A stretch of DNA of 64,000 bases from Mytilus edulis (GCF_963676685.1 NC_092348.1:65596001-65660000); one strand, 5' to 3'; positions 1 through 15,400 are shown, counted from the first letter of the stretch. Notes: generated by a model not told the origin, from the sequence alone. A program made the numbers and translations.

Positions 1-1907
1 CGGATATAGATACATGATATGTCCGGGTAACTCCTCATGCAGTTATTGAGTTATAACTTTAATTTTGTAAGATGGTTTCTTCACATAGTAGAAGTATGTA
101 TTATATATCAACAAGATTTTTTTTCAAATATTCTCAAATTGCCAGGTATTTTGGACTTAGTCTTGTGTGGAACTATACTCATGCATATGATAACACAGCG
201 AGGGGGGGGGGGGGGGGTCGCATCGTCCATATCTAGTCTCAACTATAATATTTGTAAAGTAAACCCCTTTAGACGCTTTGGTAAATATGCATATCTGTCA
301 CCGTCTATAGAAAAAGGGGTACTCTGAATGATCTTTTACAGTTACACTTACATTCACCGAAATACAAATGACATACGCTTGACCAGAATAATTGTTTTCA
401 TATTTTAATTTAGGTGTTCCATATATTGAACTTATGATCAGTTGCTAACTTTTACTATTTATTTAATTGTTAACAGATTTTCTAAATTAGAACTAGTGGG
501 CGTTTTTTATTTACACGAGTGAAAATTCATTTTATGGACAATCATATATGGGCTTTAGTATTTTGACCAACTTAGTAATATACAAAGTGTATATCAATAT
601 TTTGAAATTTTAAATCATTAAATAGCGTTAATATATGAAGGGTATATCATAACTTTTATTTCTAGTTTTCAATGACAAATCAATGACACACATATAAAAT
701 TAGCTGTTTACATGGTGTCGGATAAGAAGCGGGGAGAGTACTCCACAAACATATTAAAAACTACTAGACTATTCTAAGTATAGAATGACATCTTAGCAAA
801 CCTTTTCTCGTATGATAATTTAAAAGATTCAGCTGTATATCAACTTATTAAAAATATAAAACTAAATAAAATTATCTTGAAAATAAAATAAAAAAGCTAC
901 ATTTTCTTTGATTTTTCAAAAGCTTCTTCATAAAGAATAAAGGGAAAAGTTGTATCGTTTCCTAGTTATTTATATAAAAAAAGAAGACACAATCACTTGT
1001 TCTCTGTGTATTTTATTTCTTTCGTATAAAAATGATAACGGCGAAACACTTAGACAATTTTCTGATGATACATCGATGGATTTTCCATCTCCCGCATTGT
1101 ATATTTAGAATTAAAAATTAATTACAATTAAACCAGACAGAGGCTCATTTCCTATAACTCCAATAAAACGAAAACAATAATTTAATCAAACACCGATCAT
1201 ATATAACTATCTTGTTTTCCTTTTGATAGAAGATCAATTATATCTAACACATCAAGTAAAGTCATCAACACTTAAAATTTACATGTAGGTAATATTTACA
1301 ATAACCTTTTTCAGGATGTGAAGTTGAACGAACACAGAGAAAAAAATGCTAAAAGTATTATTTCCAAACATTTATATTTTGTTTTCAGGAAATGATAGTT
1401 TAAGATGAACAGATAGAATACAGAAAAATTAAACTGCAAAAGAGAGGCGAAAAATACCAGCGGGAAATCCAAACTCATAAGTCGAAAATAAACTGACAAC
1501 GCCATGGCTAAAACAAGAAAAAGACCAACTGACAGGTAATCATACACAAACACACAAAGAACTCTAAAGACTAAACAACACGAACCCCACCAAATCTCAG
1601 GTGCTCCGGAAGGGTTGTAGATCCTGCAAATAGTATATATTTGATCTATCTTCGAGTTATATTCGAGATGTTTGCTCTTCTATTCAAACAAATTGAATAA
1701 CAAATTGAATAACTTCAACTCGAAATAAGCTGTTTATCTTTTTCGTTATTTAGCAACCGACTGGAAACCTTTACATAGTATAGAAGATGCCAAAGAAAAC
1801 ATAAAATTAATGTTTTTTTTAGAGAAACAATGGTCTTGCACAACATTTTTATACTATCTTGGATGATGGCACAGATTACCAATATATATACACACTATAT
1901 ATACATT

Positions 1908-2389
1908 TATGTTGTGTACAAGATGTAATGTTGTACAAATTATAATTTGTACAGATTTTTTGTACATGTTATCAATGTTTTATGAACCGCTCAACACAAA
2001 TGGATAATACAAGCACACAGTCTTTTGTTTTGTATATTTCTGTGATATTTCCACAATAACACTATACAGTCTTATACTGAGCATTGTTACAAAAACATTA
2101 TAAGAACACAAAAAGACTTTTTATGGAAATGATTTTGGTAAAGCGAGAAGAATAAAGTTAAAATTTAAACCATTCAGGTATCCTCATTTCAAGTTTTAAG
2201 ACAATGATAATAGCATTAAATGTTAAGTTGAAGAATATAAGTTTGAATTAAAGACATTAAACTGATACATTTTAAAAGATAAACTTGTATTACTTGTCGC
2301 AAGAAGGTAGGTGTAAAAATACTTATAACTTGTACAAAAACCCTGTACAAATTATAATTTGTACCAACTTACATCTTGTACACAACATA
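1908..2389. mobile_element. MITE related to the 24.6-kb element (TATGTTGTGTACAAG TIRs)
   Basis: Imperfect TIRs of about 65 bp with TGTACA subrepeats. Confidence 0.8.
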
Positions 2390-3949
2390 TATAATATATG
2401 ATTCTAATAGTATTTTAAGCTAAACTGAATAGTCGTATTTAATCGTAACAAATATTTACCGGAATCAACAGCTGTAGAGCTTTTACTAATATTTATGGTG
2501 TAAATCATTTCAATTCTATGTTATCTCTATAGTTTGACGTATTTTAGATTTAAACTATTAAAATGATACATGCAAGAAGGTTTTAACAAAGATGCAATAG
2601 TACTCAAATGCTTGGCAATAAACACGTCATTTTTTTCACAATGTTTTGAGTGGGGGGAGTCTGTAGCTATGGATACGATCTGTCTTTCCACCGTTTCATT
2701 GAGGTTCTTTCAACAAGATGGAAAATATCTATTTAAACGATCTTTGGTATCGCGCTAACATCATATGTATTCTTTAAACCTATTTCATAAGCTAGGTGCG
2801 ATTATCTATATTTCGTAAATTAAATACTCGTTTCTTAAGAAACCTGTTTCATGAGACAACTATTCACCTGAGTTCATTAGTTCATATTTTAATGCCATGC
2901 AGAGACAAGAGTAATGACCCCCTAAACAAAAGCAAAAACAGAGAGAAAATGGGTATTGTTATAAGTATGCTGTCATCTTCCTAGACACAATGCCATAAAC
3001 TTATAACATTCATGCACATTTATCGTGAAATGCTACACACTGGAACATACGAATGTTATTAAGAACGTATGTACATGTAGTAGTTTATGCATGGTAAGAA
3101 TGATACTAGTTTAATATGATATGATGGTTGTGATTGTTATAATACGATCGACATTGTTTCGTTTATCTTTATGCTAAAATATTTAATTTATGATAAGAAA
3201 CTAATTTGCTGTGTCTATACATGACAAATATATAACCTTCAGAATCAATACATGATGGTAAAAACTGGTAGCGATTTCGAAAAGTCTGCAATATGGCTAA
3301 CAACGACCTAGAATTTACAATCACAATATAGATCGAAGAATAATGTATAAAGTGTATGCTTTTTGCATTGCTAGTAGATAGGTATAAGAAGATGTGGTTT
3401 GAGTGCCAATGAGACAACTCTCTATCCAAGTCACAATCTGTAGAAAAATTTATTTAAACATCCAAAAACCATAATATTGAATTAACAATTCAGAATGCTA
3501 AACAAATACCTAAATACCGAATTTATTGACATCAACCGCAATGTCGGGCCTCATTGAAAAAAAAAATGTATAGCGTTACATGTAACTTGTGTTATCTTTT
3601 TACTTGTATCAAGTCTGAGACGGACAGATTCTTATGACACAAGTCTCTTGTTAAATATTTAAGACCGGTATGCAATATACTATTTTTTTAATCTACAGGA
3701 AGGAAAAAAATAAATTTCTGCACACCTAATCATCGTTAGACAGTTACAATTTACCAGTTCATGAGAAAATCAAGATCCTCCTGAATGATTAAAAAATATG
3801 ATTTATTTTTGTTACTTTTATCGTCAATTTTCAAATGATGATAGTTTTCTAAAAGAAACCCGTCATCTCCCAATTTAACGGATTGCTACTCAGAACAACA
3901 GAAGGACCAAACTTTAACTGAATTGAGTTCTGATAAGCTTTCATATTAG

Positions 3950-4085
3950 CCACCGCATACGTGGTCTCGTGTTAAAAGAAGGTGTTCGCTTCAGGTGTGG
4001 GAAACCGTGGGTTAAAATCCCGGTCGTCATAAATTTTTGAATATAATGCTGCGTCTCCGCTAGCCACGCAGCATTTAAGGGTAAA
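3950..4085 (+). mobile_element. Degenerate tRNA-derived SINE (bivalve Meta/MESC-type core)
   Basis: Decayed A/B boxes followed by TGCTGCGTCTCCGCTAGCCACGCAGCATTTAAGG. Confidence 0.55.
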
Positions 4086-4193
4086 TCCTTAATATGCATT
4101 TAATTTGCCACTGGACTATAAATGGGGTGGCATGGACATCTTGATCACCATGTTTTTCGACAAACATAGAAAAAGGACAGGGGTACCCTAAAC

Positions 4194-4909
4194 GGGAGAG
4201 ATCCGTTTGCGCCAAAAATGCGTCCTTTTGCGCCACCACTTTTTTTTCTCAAATGCTACGTTTGCGCCACATGTTTTAAAATTAGATGGTTTCATTTGCG
4301 CAAAAAATTAAACATACGATTGCGCCAGTTAAAAGAAAATTACTTCCTTACTCCTTTATTCGGACTTGGAACCGGCAGTGTAACACGGCACATGTTTCCT
4401 TTTCTGAAACATATGTTTTTATTACTGCCAATTTAATGTATTAAGTAGCTTTTAACTTTTTTTTATTGTCCAAAAACACAAACATTGAAGGATGAAATCC
4501 ATAAAATAGTTAATAATAGTTCATAATAATAATAAAGCCCATACGCATGGTGGGACAAAGCTCTGTGTCATCAACATTTGTGGATAAAACATAAAGAGCA
4601 AAAACTTCTATTTTCTATATTGGCATATCTTTGTTGAGCAAAGCAATTAGTTTTATTCTCTCTCTGTACATTGACTGTCTAGTGCTGCTTAAGTCATTTA
4701 TGGTGAAATATCTCCTAACATGTGATACCTTTTGGGGCAAAAATAAGAATATATATATGGTAATCATTAATATTTATGATAGATATATGTACAGGTAAAT
4801 TGGCGCAAATGAGTTCTGAATATTGGCGCAATTGATACATTTTGAAAATAAAATTTGGCGCAAATGATACCCCTGAAAAACAGTAATTGGCGCAAAAGGA
4901 CTGCTGCCC
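4194..4909. mobile_element. Non-autonomous DNA transposon with inverted arrays of TTTGCGCCA
   Basis: About five (T)TTGCGCCA motifs at the left end and four TGGCGCAA at the right end; GGG..CCC termini; no clear TSD. Confidence 0.7.
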
Positions 4910-6255
4910 ACAAAAAATATTTTAAATATCGTTAATAAATAAATAAAATGATTAGCGAGAAAAATACCAACTTGTATGCGTAAAAATAGTTAAACTTTCA
5001 TGATTAATTAGCTCGTAGGAGTTTCATTTCTTTATAACTGACAGAAGAATATTTATAAAGTTTTTAATTTATCATCTCATAAATTGTACTTATGATTCAT
5101 GTGTTTTTAGAAGTAAACACCAAATAATTTGAGGATCCCCGTTTCATATATAATTATAAGTTGTATACCGCGTAGATGTCAGAAACCATGACCTTAAATG
5201 ATATAGGGGCTGTTTTCATCGACCTCCCTAATTACTTAAGCTAAGCGCCAACGAACTTAAGATTTATACAACTCATCATTAGTCTAATTCTATTTATCAA
5301 CCTGTCTTTACTTTTTTTATAAGAAAAACGACCATTCAGGAAGTGTTTTTTTTTTTTATTTTGACGTCCGTCAATACGTTATATTGGCAAGGATAACACC
5401 GAAAGAATATTGTCGTAAATGTTATAATTTGCATATCATTGTCCATAAATTAACGTTCACAAAAAAAATATATTATTTTCTTGTGAGTGCAAAAAAGTCG
5501 ATTTATCAGTTAAAAAAAACCCACATTTGTTACTCAATGAATCAAATTTTGTTTTATTTTCATGTAACGTATTTCATTTGAATGTCGATTTGTGCTAAAT
5601 ATTGAATTTCACTCAGTGTACATTGGTGCGATTATGAATTATTCAGATCTTTTTACCGTCTGAAAAATGATGATCTGCACAAGGGCTAAAATAACACCAG
5701 CCTGAATTGTCTCCCTTTGTCTCCCAATCAGCTGCAACGTTCAACTATCAACAACATATGAATTTTCGTGTGCTCCGGTAATGTAAATAGTTTCATTTTA
5801 ACTCATGACCCTTCATTGTAGCTGCGCTCGGCTTTGACATTAAAATGCATTTTTAGCAGTCATTTAAAAAAGGGCGATACTAGAGGAACATTCACTCATT
5901 AATCGAAAACGAACTGACAACGACATGACTTAAAAAGAAAAAAAACCAGATAAACAGACAAACAATAATATGTACAAAAAAATAACATGGAAAAATATGA
6001 CTAAGCAACAATAACCCCACAAAAACCAGGGGATAATCTTGGGTGCCCATGAAGTCACGTTAAGCAGAACCTGGCAAACATGTGGCACCCGCCGTGTTGC
6101 TCATGTTAATATAAACCTGGTAGTAAGACTTATTCGGTAGGCCACATTCGTGAAAAGGGAACGGAATTGTATAGTTGCGACGCAAGGAACATATCCGCTA
6201 TCATCTGTGAAATATCGTCGTACTCATTAATTTTCAACATTTATATAAAATATCA

Positions 6256-6261
6256 TTTATT
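6256..6261 (-). terminator. Candidate polyadenylation signal of the carbonic anhydrase
   Basis: AATAAA on the minus strand about 150 nt after the stop codon. The motif is common in AT-rich DNA. Confidence 0.35.
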
Positions 6262-6412
6262 GCTAAAATTTGAGACAATCACATTTGTCCAATAAAACAA
6301 TTAAAAATAATGAACAACCATTCAGAAAAATATATAAACCTATATAGGGGGTACATAATATATGTAGATATGAAACATTAAACGTTATGATGTAGTTGTA
6401 AATAGCACTTCT

Positions 6413-9400
6413 TTATAAATATGTAGACAACATTCTGAATGATGACCTTAGCTTCCTCTCCCCAAGAGGAGTTGGGCAGCGATAATTGTCTATGATATAT
6501 CTCCCATCACATGAGCAACTTCTCATACATCGAAGCTGATTTAACTACAAAGAAAAAAAACTATTAGCAATTTTCAGTCATATCACAAGTTGCATATATG
6601 TGTGATGGTTACGACGGGTGCCACATGTGGAGCAGGATCTGCTTACCCTTCCGGAGCATCTGAGATCATCCCTAGTTTTTGATGGGGTTCGTGTTGTTCA
6701 TTCTTTAGTTTTCTATGTTGTGTTATATATACTATTGTGTGTCTGTTTGTACTTTTCATTTTTAGTTTATTGTCGATTTATGAGAATGACTGTCCCTCTG
6801 GCATCTTTCGGTCCCTCTTTTATGAGAATCTGAAATCATTTTTATAAACCAGCGACTGTCTTTGATCTTCTTTTATCCCACGCGTGAAAAAAAAACCAAT
6901 TGTTCTTTTTAATTAGCAAATGTTGTTTTGAGATTTTGCAATTTTGCAAGCAGTTCAGCTTGGTATTTTCGTTTGTTGTGCTAATCAATTTTCAAATACA
7001 AATGCTCTATAATAAATATCAATGTCCTTGCAATTAAATGTTATGAAATAATTACTATTTGAATTGATTTTTCACAATGTGTATTTTTTTGTTTGGTGAA
7101 GATTATACATAAACAGTTTCAAACTCTTACGTAATAAAAAATTAAATTCAGATTTCAGCTCGTTTTAGAGATTGTTATAGCCATACAAGTCAGACACTGA
7201 CGTCTTGCGTGATGCTTCCGATGGTTACCGAGGAAATCCGAAGTTGTCGGAGTCGTTTACAGAGATTGATCACGTGGTCAGATATGATTGTTAACAAGTT
7301 ACCTGTTCGGCAGACATTTCTATCATGTCGGCAAACACAATCCACTGTACACTTTCATAGAATGGAGGTGTTGTCAGCGACCCATCATATGTCCAGTAAT
7401 TACTCAAATCAGCTAGAAGAAAATAATTGCATTAACATTAGGAATAAAAAAGAAAATGGCGCATGATTGTCAGACAACTCTCCATAAGAGACAAAATGGC
7501 ACTGATATCAACAACTATACATGTAGGTCACATACGGCAAAGTCAGCAATAAAAGGCATGACAAATGTAAAACAATTTAAACAAGAAAACTAACGACTTA
7601 ATGCATGTACCAAATTATTAACAAATAAAAACAAACATATATCACAGCAACAATGTACTTGGAACTTATCTCTTCTTTTAAAAAAACAAGCTGTTTACAA
7701 ATTAAATCATCAAATCAAAGTTCTTCTACAAAATACCAACTTAAGAGAGAAAACGGAATGTCCAGGAACAATCGCACGACAAAAACAACCAGAGAGACAA
7801 AAAATGCGTAAGGGTTCCACAGAACTCAGTGTCTCGCCTACTTTTGCTGTTAATCGCAGACTTGACAAAATTGGGGAAAAAATCAATAAAAAGATTCCTC
7901 TCGGTACTATCTTTTGATTGTAAAAAGCTTCTGTCCAAGTTTGGTACAAATTCAGGATAGTTTAAAAAAGTTATAAATTTTAAAAACTTTAACCACATCT
8001 AAGTGAATGTAATATTTCTTGGCAGAAAAATTAAGTCCATTTATAAGTAAAATACGTAAAAAAACAGAATTTTTATTTTACAAAAATTTACTTCTGGATA
8101 GTGATTATACTATCTTATGATCATAAACGAGCTTCTGTCCAAGTTTGGTAAAAATCCAGGATAGTTTAAGAAAGTTATTAAAATTTTAAAAACTTTAACC
8201 ACAGAGTGAATATTTGTGGACGACGCCGACGGAATGTAGGATCGCTATGTCTCGCTTTTTCGACTAAAGTCGAAGGCTCGACAATAAAAAACTTAAGATG
8301 ACGATAACGAACAAAATCGAAATCTGGTGATATTCATCAAAACATTACGAAAATATACGCCGGTCAACTCGCAGTGTCAGCATTTTTTTTTACTTCTACC
8401 AAACAAATCTGAAGAATACGAAAACATATCCCTAGCGAAATACGACACAGACATATAGTATAAATCATAGCTGTAACCATTCAAATGAAGTCTGTATATA
8501 GCGTAAATTGTAAAGTTTGCCATAATTATTAATCAAGGGAGATTGGTTATGTGGTCTCCTATGATCATAGTCAAAATCCATACCACTTGTTAAGCTCAAA
8601 ATTATAAATTGAGTTTTGACATGTTTTGGTTATATATTTGAAAAATAAAATAAAACATACAGTGGCTTGCTCAACTTCAAGCTCCAACATTTGATTCCGA
8701 TTTAAAAACGTTGCCATATTAGCTTGTGGTGCTAATGAGCTTCTTTGGGAGCAATGAACAAAAACAGGAACATTTTAATATTATTCTTACATTATGAAAA
8801 TTTTATTTTAGAAGGGAGATAAGTCAAATAATTTTATTTTATAATAGGACGAACTGTGAACATTTTTATTGAGTGGATGTCGTTTGTTTATGTGTTACAT
8901 ATTTGTTTTTTGTTCATTTTTTTTTATATAAATAAGGCCGTTAGTTTTTTTGTGTGAAATGTTAAACATTGTCATTTCGGGGCCTTTTATAGCTGACTAT
9001 GCGGTATGGGCTTTGCTCATTGTTGAAAGCCGTACGGTGACCTATAGTTGTTAATTTCTGTTTCATTTTGGTCTTGTGGACAGTTGTCTCATTGGCAATC
9101 ATACCACATCTTCTTTTTTTTTATATTTACGTAACAGAGACATAATTGTATTTATTAAATAAACATTTGGTCGTAGTGGGCTGCTTGCTGTGATCCCAAT
9201 TTAATTTTTTTTTAAATATAACAAGTAAAAATTCATTTAGCGGATTTTTTTTTCAAATTGCATTATACATAATATTTATTTCAAGTTTTCCCTGTACAAA
9301 TCATATTACGTGTGAATTGTGTATATATGCAGCCTTCCATATGCACACTTTAAAAGCCTTCCATTGCAAATATTGCTGACCTTCTGGTTATATTGTAGTA

Positions 9401-12400
9401 TCTTAGAAACAGACGGACTTTTCACGGAAACATAACCTCAATCGATCTGTGTATAATAGCTTGCAAAGAGCCAAAATACCAAATGTTGTTATCCTATTAC
9501 TCAAAAGAAGTCATAATATCATGTGCCAAATACACTATACAGTTATTCAAGCAGTCGCATAACCATTAAATTGAGGTAAAACATGGTAACATACGTTAGC
9601 TGCAAAGACGGTGTGAATCATTGCTCACAAATATAGGCTTAATACAAATAGTTATGCCATCCCGTTGCACCCGATTCGGAATGAGTTTGCCTATCATATT
9701 CTTAGATTTTCGTTGCAGGCGAGATACATTGGGTAAAACCACTTCAATATGACATGATACAACCATTGACCATGTTTTTGATATAGAAGATGTTGCGGGA
9801 TTAAAGTAGCTTCTCAGATCGCAAACCTTATCTTAAGAACAACCGACAAAACACTTCTACGTGTGTATACATTTATACCTATAGTTTATATAGACTTTGG
9901 TAATAAAAAAAGAAGATACATTTTCGGATAAACTAAACAAAAAAGAGATCTAAAAGTAGAAAATATAATTACATGGTAGTATGTGCTTCGGGTCAAACTT
10001 ATCCGGGATTTTTGTAAGTGCATCCTTATCAAAGATCCGTTGAATTCCATCTGTCAGTTTTCTTAATTCTTTGTGTTCTTGTCCTTCCTAGGAAATTAAA
10101 AACAAATCTTGATAAGGAGCAGTGAAAATGAAGCAAGCATATGTATTTTTAAAAGATAAAAGATATATTCATCAAATCGCACATGGTCTTGATGACATCC
10201 TCTCTTAACAAAATAATTCCATTTGATATTTATAAATAGAGCAATTATTACCTGTGTAAGGGGAATACTTACTTCTTGTCCAAATTGAAATATGATTGAC
10301 AGAGATGTAGGTGTACGTCAATGAAACATCAACTCATAAAGACAATGTGAAATAAATTCTGTCAGAAAGACATGTATGTAATATATTAGAATCAATCTAT
10401 ACATCTGATATATTTTACCAATTATATAACGTATCTGAGAGACAGATCAAATTATATAATGACATAACATTGACAAATGAATCAGGAAAAAGAGGCCAAG
10501 GTCAGATGTTCATGCTTGTACACCTCAAAGTCGTGCAAGACAAGTTATGTAACAGTTTATTTATTACTTATAGTATAAGACAAATAGTTCCTTATTATAA
10601 CGAACCGAATACGGCCATTCGATAGCAAACATCCAAACCCATCATGAAGATAGACGCATGCTTGGCTCTTAGTATGTATTGATACACGGCCACGTTCGGT
10701 AGCATTGGATAGATTTAATTCAACTTCTTGTGAGGGGAGAAAGTCATATTTTCTGTAGCTTGAATGGACTTTGTAACAGCTTATTGCAGGGTCCGTATAT
10801 GACCAGTTGTCGTAAAAAAGTTTGCAACATAACGATAGTTACAATGGAAGAGCGTTCGTCAAGATGATCACATTTGTTCAAATGTTGTACGTGTACCATA
10901 ACACCCAAAAACAGGGCCACTGAATACCAAATAATTGCATTATCGATTTAAAAGTTACCAGGATAAAGCCGATGAAGGAGAAGACAATAAGTTAAGACAA
11001 TCGTAGTTTTACCGATGTTGAAATTTAATAAATCTATTAAGAAAACAAAATCAAGGTAGCAAACACTAACTGTGGGAAAGACACGAACTCCTAAAGGAGT
11101 AAGACCGGGTGCTTGCTATTTAACACACACACCAATACATTCGAGCGTCACTTGAAGGTCTTTTGTAGACGAAGCGCGCGTCTGGCGTACAACTTTTCAT
11201 TCTTGTATCTATGATGAGTTTAGTTATACACATAAAATGCTCATGCAAAAAGAACTATGCATACCTTAATGAAGAATCCCAATACCGCCAAACCATCTGA
11301 CTTGTCTGCTGCTTCACCAAAGCTATTATATCTACTTTTATTCCAATGCACTAGATGAAGCTTAAATAAAAAAGTAAAGCTTTTCTAATTTGACAAAGAT
11401 TCTCGATTGGTCTTCTGAATTACCACAACAAAATATTGATTTAAATAAGACACTTGATGAGGATAATACTTCATTATTATTTCGTTAAAAGTTTCACTCG
11501 AAAGTGTGTTATATAGTACCTGATTGATAGTTGTCGTCTCATTGGCAAATGTACCACATCTTCTTGTTTCTATACGAGAAGTGTCTTATACAATAAAAAT
11601 ATAGTTTCATAAACTTAATGTTTGTCTTATGCATTTCACTATTTTATTTCATTACAAACGCTCAGCCAAAGGTCAAAAGCAGAGATATACATATAAATAC
11701 ACACATGTGTACATGTAGTCTAAAGATATCTAAAAAGAATTACCTAAAAGGGTAAATTTTATGTGTTATTTTCTATTGCACATTTGTATTATACCTCAGA
11801 AGCATATGTGTAACCGTTGAGTGTGTGTTCTGAACCTTTATTACTATTTGATCCCCAGTGGAAATGGAATTGTTCGAGTCGATACTTTCCATCGAGTGGT
11901 CCGCCGCTGATCTCTGTAAAAAGAAAAAAAAGGTAAGTACATGTTTTTCTCGAAAGAAAAAAAATTATGTTTCTCTATTAATGACTAATTGTAACTCCTC
12001 ACTGATGCAGTTTTGGTAAATGAACAATAAAGTTACTAAGAAAATTTAAGATAAGGGAGAAGCACGTCTAATTGTACACGGAATGTGTCAAGATAAGGCG
12101 ACAATCCGGACAAAAAACAGAACAGTCAAATGCCACCCATACGTCTTCAAAGCAACACAAAATTTCGGAACCCAGAGACAGGATTCAGCTAGCATTCAAA
12201 CAATAGTGATTACTAGTTTAGTGAAACTGACGCCACACTACCTGAACTCTAAAACATAAATGGACCAACGTTTTATATAAAAAAAAACACACAAGACTAA
12301 CAAAGGCTAGATGTTCCAGACTTGGTTAATGCGCAAAAAATGCGGCGGGGTATAACATCTTTTTATCTCTTACCTGAAGTTTCTTTGATGTCTGCCCTGA

Positions 12401-15400
12401 CAGATAAACCTGTATTTACTATATGTAAATGCTTTTCTGGTTTGTAATTGATCTTGATTGGTGACAATGAAGAATCGTATTCAACATATTCTGTTCCTAT
12501 ATCTATAGGTGATTGTCTCTTTCCGCTCGAGAATATAGGGTAGTTGTTAAACCATGTATCAGGACCTGAAATAATAATAATAAACTTTTTTTTATAAGTT
12601 TCGTCAAAATAGAAAGTCACAGAAATAAATGAAACTGTAAGTAGAAGAAATTTTGGAGACACCGTGGTTAAAGGAGGATAAAAAGGCAGCTATATAAAAT
12701 ACCACTAACGCTACAAAACTATACTGCTGATTTTATAGAGCCGCAACTCTTCTGAAAGTCGTTTATTTGGGATATCACGCATATTTGGTTGATTTTTCAT
12801 ATTTAAGCTTGAATCGGAACGTTTTTAATGACTTAATTAATTAAAATCTTTCACATAAATTAATTGAATCAAATGAAATAGACACTTAAGTGTTTATAAA
12901 GTGGTCAAATTCTTTCGTCAGATGAATCTGAAATTTGAGGCCAAAATCGGTCCTTACCGGACCTACTCCTTTAGTGCTGTGATTCAAAGAATAATGTTTG
13001 CGCCTAAATAATTGTAATTTCTTGCGAATAACATTATGCCAATGAATTCATTTTGTTTTGTTAATATTATTTACACAATATGTGCTATGAAACTATTAAA
13101 TAAAATATTGTAATATAAACTATTCTTTTTCTTCATCTTTCACAAGATTTACCTGGATTTACCTTGATTCATTAGTCTGGTGTTGTTACAACATTTTCCT
13201 ACATAATCCCATTGTTTTAATAAAAATTCTGGCTATTCCTGCATAAAATTTTACTATTTTACCTATAAAATTCATAATGTAGGAATAGCCAGAATGAACC
13301 GCATAATATATGTAGTGTTTTGTGTTCTCTTTGAAACAATCTTTTTTTCACAGAAAACGCAAATTTTAGCATAATATCAAAATTCGGAGACCGTTATCGA
13401 TACGTGTCTGAAACTCTTTCGTGCATGCCCGCGAAATTTGAAAACTCTTTGTTTCAACACTTGTCGAATTGTACCTTGATTTCGCGGGCACCTTCTAGTA
13501 ATATCAACAATTGAGCAGCATGAATGAATTCTGGTCCTCCGGGAGTCCAGTTGTCGCCTTTCCATAGAGACAACTGTCGTGCGGCTCACATAAATGTAAT
13601 ATCAGGTGTTCATAAATGTAATATCAGGTGTTCAGTCATGGTTGGGTTAAATGTCACAAACGAGGAAGAGTGGATTGTGGGTACGACGGAAGAACATATC
13701 CGTTACTCGATAGGGAACTCAAAGATGCATATAGGAAGCAGAAATGTACCTTCTCTTCACATTAGATACATGTACATTGTACTAACATGTATAGCTGTCT
13801 TTCTGTCGTTCGGTTTACATACGTTTTAAAATATTTTTGTTTTGTCTTTAGACACCTGGACAAGTGATCATGAGCTGTATTATATTGCTTGTCTGCCCTG
13901 TCAGACGTATATGATCTTATGTGCTTCGTTTTTTGTAATGCTTTCTATATTTTAACATAATTATATAAAAAAAGAAATATGATATATTCATCCATGACAC
14001 AAAATCAGAAAATGCATATACAAAAAGCAAAGACACAGTGATTTAATGCTGTTCTTCGTCTGATAATGCGTCTTTTTTTTTGGAAGCGGAACATCAGGAT
14101 TATAAATAAAAACAAAATTCGTAAGGATTCCGTGGAACTTAGTGTCTCGCCTACTTTTTCTGTTGGTCGCAGATTCAAATAATGTGAACAAATTAATAGA
14201 AATGTTCCTCTAGATACTATCTTTTGATTTTAAGAAGCTTCTATCAAAGTTGGTAAAAATACAGGATGGTTTATGAATATAATAAATGTTTTAAAAACTT
14301 TAACTGCAGACTGTATGTAATGTTAACTGGAAATGAAATAAGTCCATTTAAGTTTGTACATGTACTGAAAAACAGGAAATAATTGGTTTCAAAACTTCTA
14401 GATTCTCGCTTTTGATCCTAAACAAGCTTCTATTCAAGTTTGGTACTAGGGTGAAATTTAAACAAAAAGAGGTATGGACAAGAGTATTGAGTATAAAAAA
14501 GGGCAGGATAAGCAACAATGCTACCAAAAAAGACAGGATGACAGTTTGTTAAAAAAGTCAGGATAAATAACACAAGTCTTAGAAATTACTACACGTCTAT
14601 CACTCTTGGAATTAAGGTTCCGGTGACGCAAATGTTAAATTCTATTTAATAGGACTATTGTTATAAAGTAATTATGTTCGTTTAAAACTAGATTTTAAGG
14701 ATTTGAATTTCTTTCAAAGCTTTTTAAAATACTTTCACAGTTAGATAAAAATAAATGCATAACCCTAATATAATCGCGAAATCTCATAAAAACGTGGAAT
14801 TATACAACCAAGCGGACATTTCTATGAAACCAAAACCGCATATCATTGTTGTCAACTTTGACACTGGGAATTTAATATTAACTTATAAAACAATCTGTTT
14901 AGGTATATGTCTTAGAATTATTAATTAAAACAACATGTTATAACTGCTTGTAAGTCCTAATTGTGTGATTATATTAAAACATTTGAGTGATTATGACATA
15001 TAATTCAATATAAATTGATTGATAATTGTGGTTTAGTTTTAAGAAAATTGTATTCTTTAAATTTAATATGCACTTCAGCACGTTTAAAATGACAGATGCA
15101 CCAAATAACCTCACGCATGTGTCAAGAAATTTGTGTCTCCAAAATGAAATCTTTATATCAAAATGTTTGCAAAGCTAAAACGGAATCAAACGATAATATC
15201 TCAATTTTCTGATCGCAGACCCATGGAAGCATTACACTGACCTTAATTCCACTTCCATGACATACATTTTGGGGTATGAAAAATTTCCCTTTAACAGTTT
15301 TAAATCCATAGTTAAATGAGAACTTAAAGACAATAGCCTACTTTCAAGTATATTAAATTCTATAAGCAGTAAATCAGTAAAAAACGTTGATGACGTCACG

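Noticed and set aside
10560-10835. Stop-free minus-strand frame of about 90 codons in a CA intron
   Set aside because: No recognisable motif, start codon or convincing splice sites.
12668-12974. Kolobok-like element (TTAAAGGAG..CTCCTTTAG)
   Set aside because: The right end looks like a transposon terminus, but the TIR match is too short to support boundaries.
13150-13235. Alternative CA first exon (QWDYVGK..NQ-G, phase-compatible donor)
   Set aside because: No in-frame ATG before the WDY, an upstream in-frame stop, and overlap with a hairpin repeat. The 16402 exon fits better, though this one is not strictly excluded.
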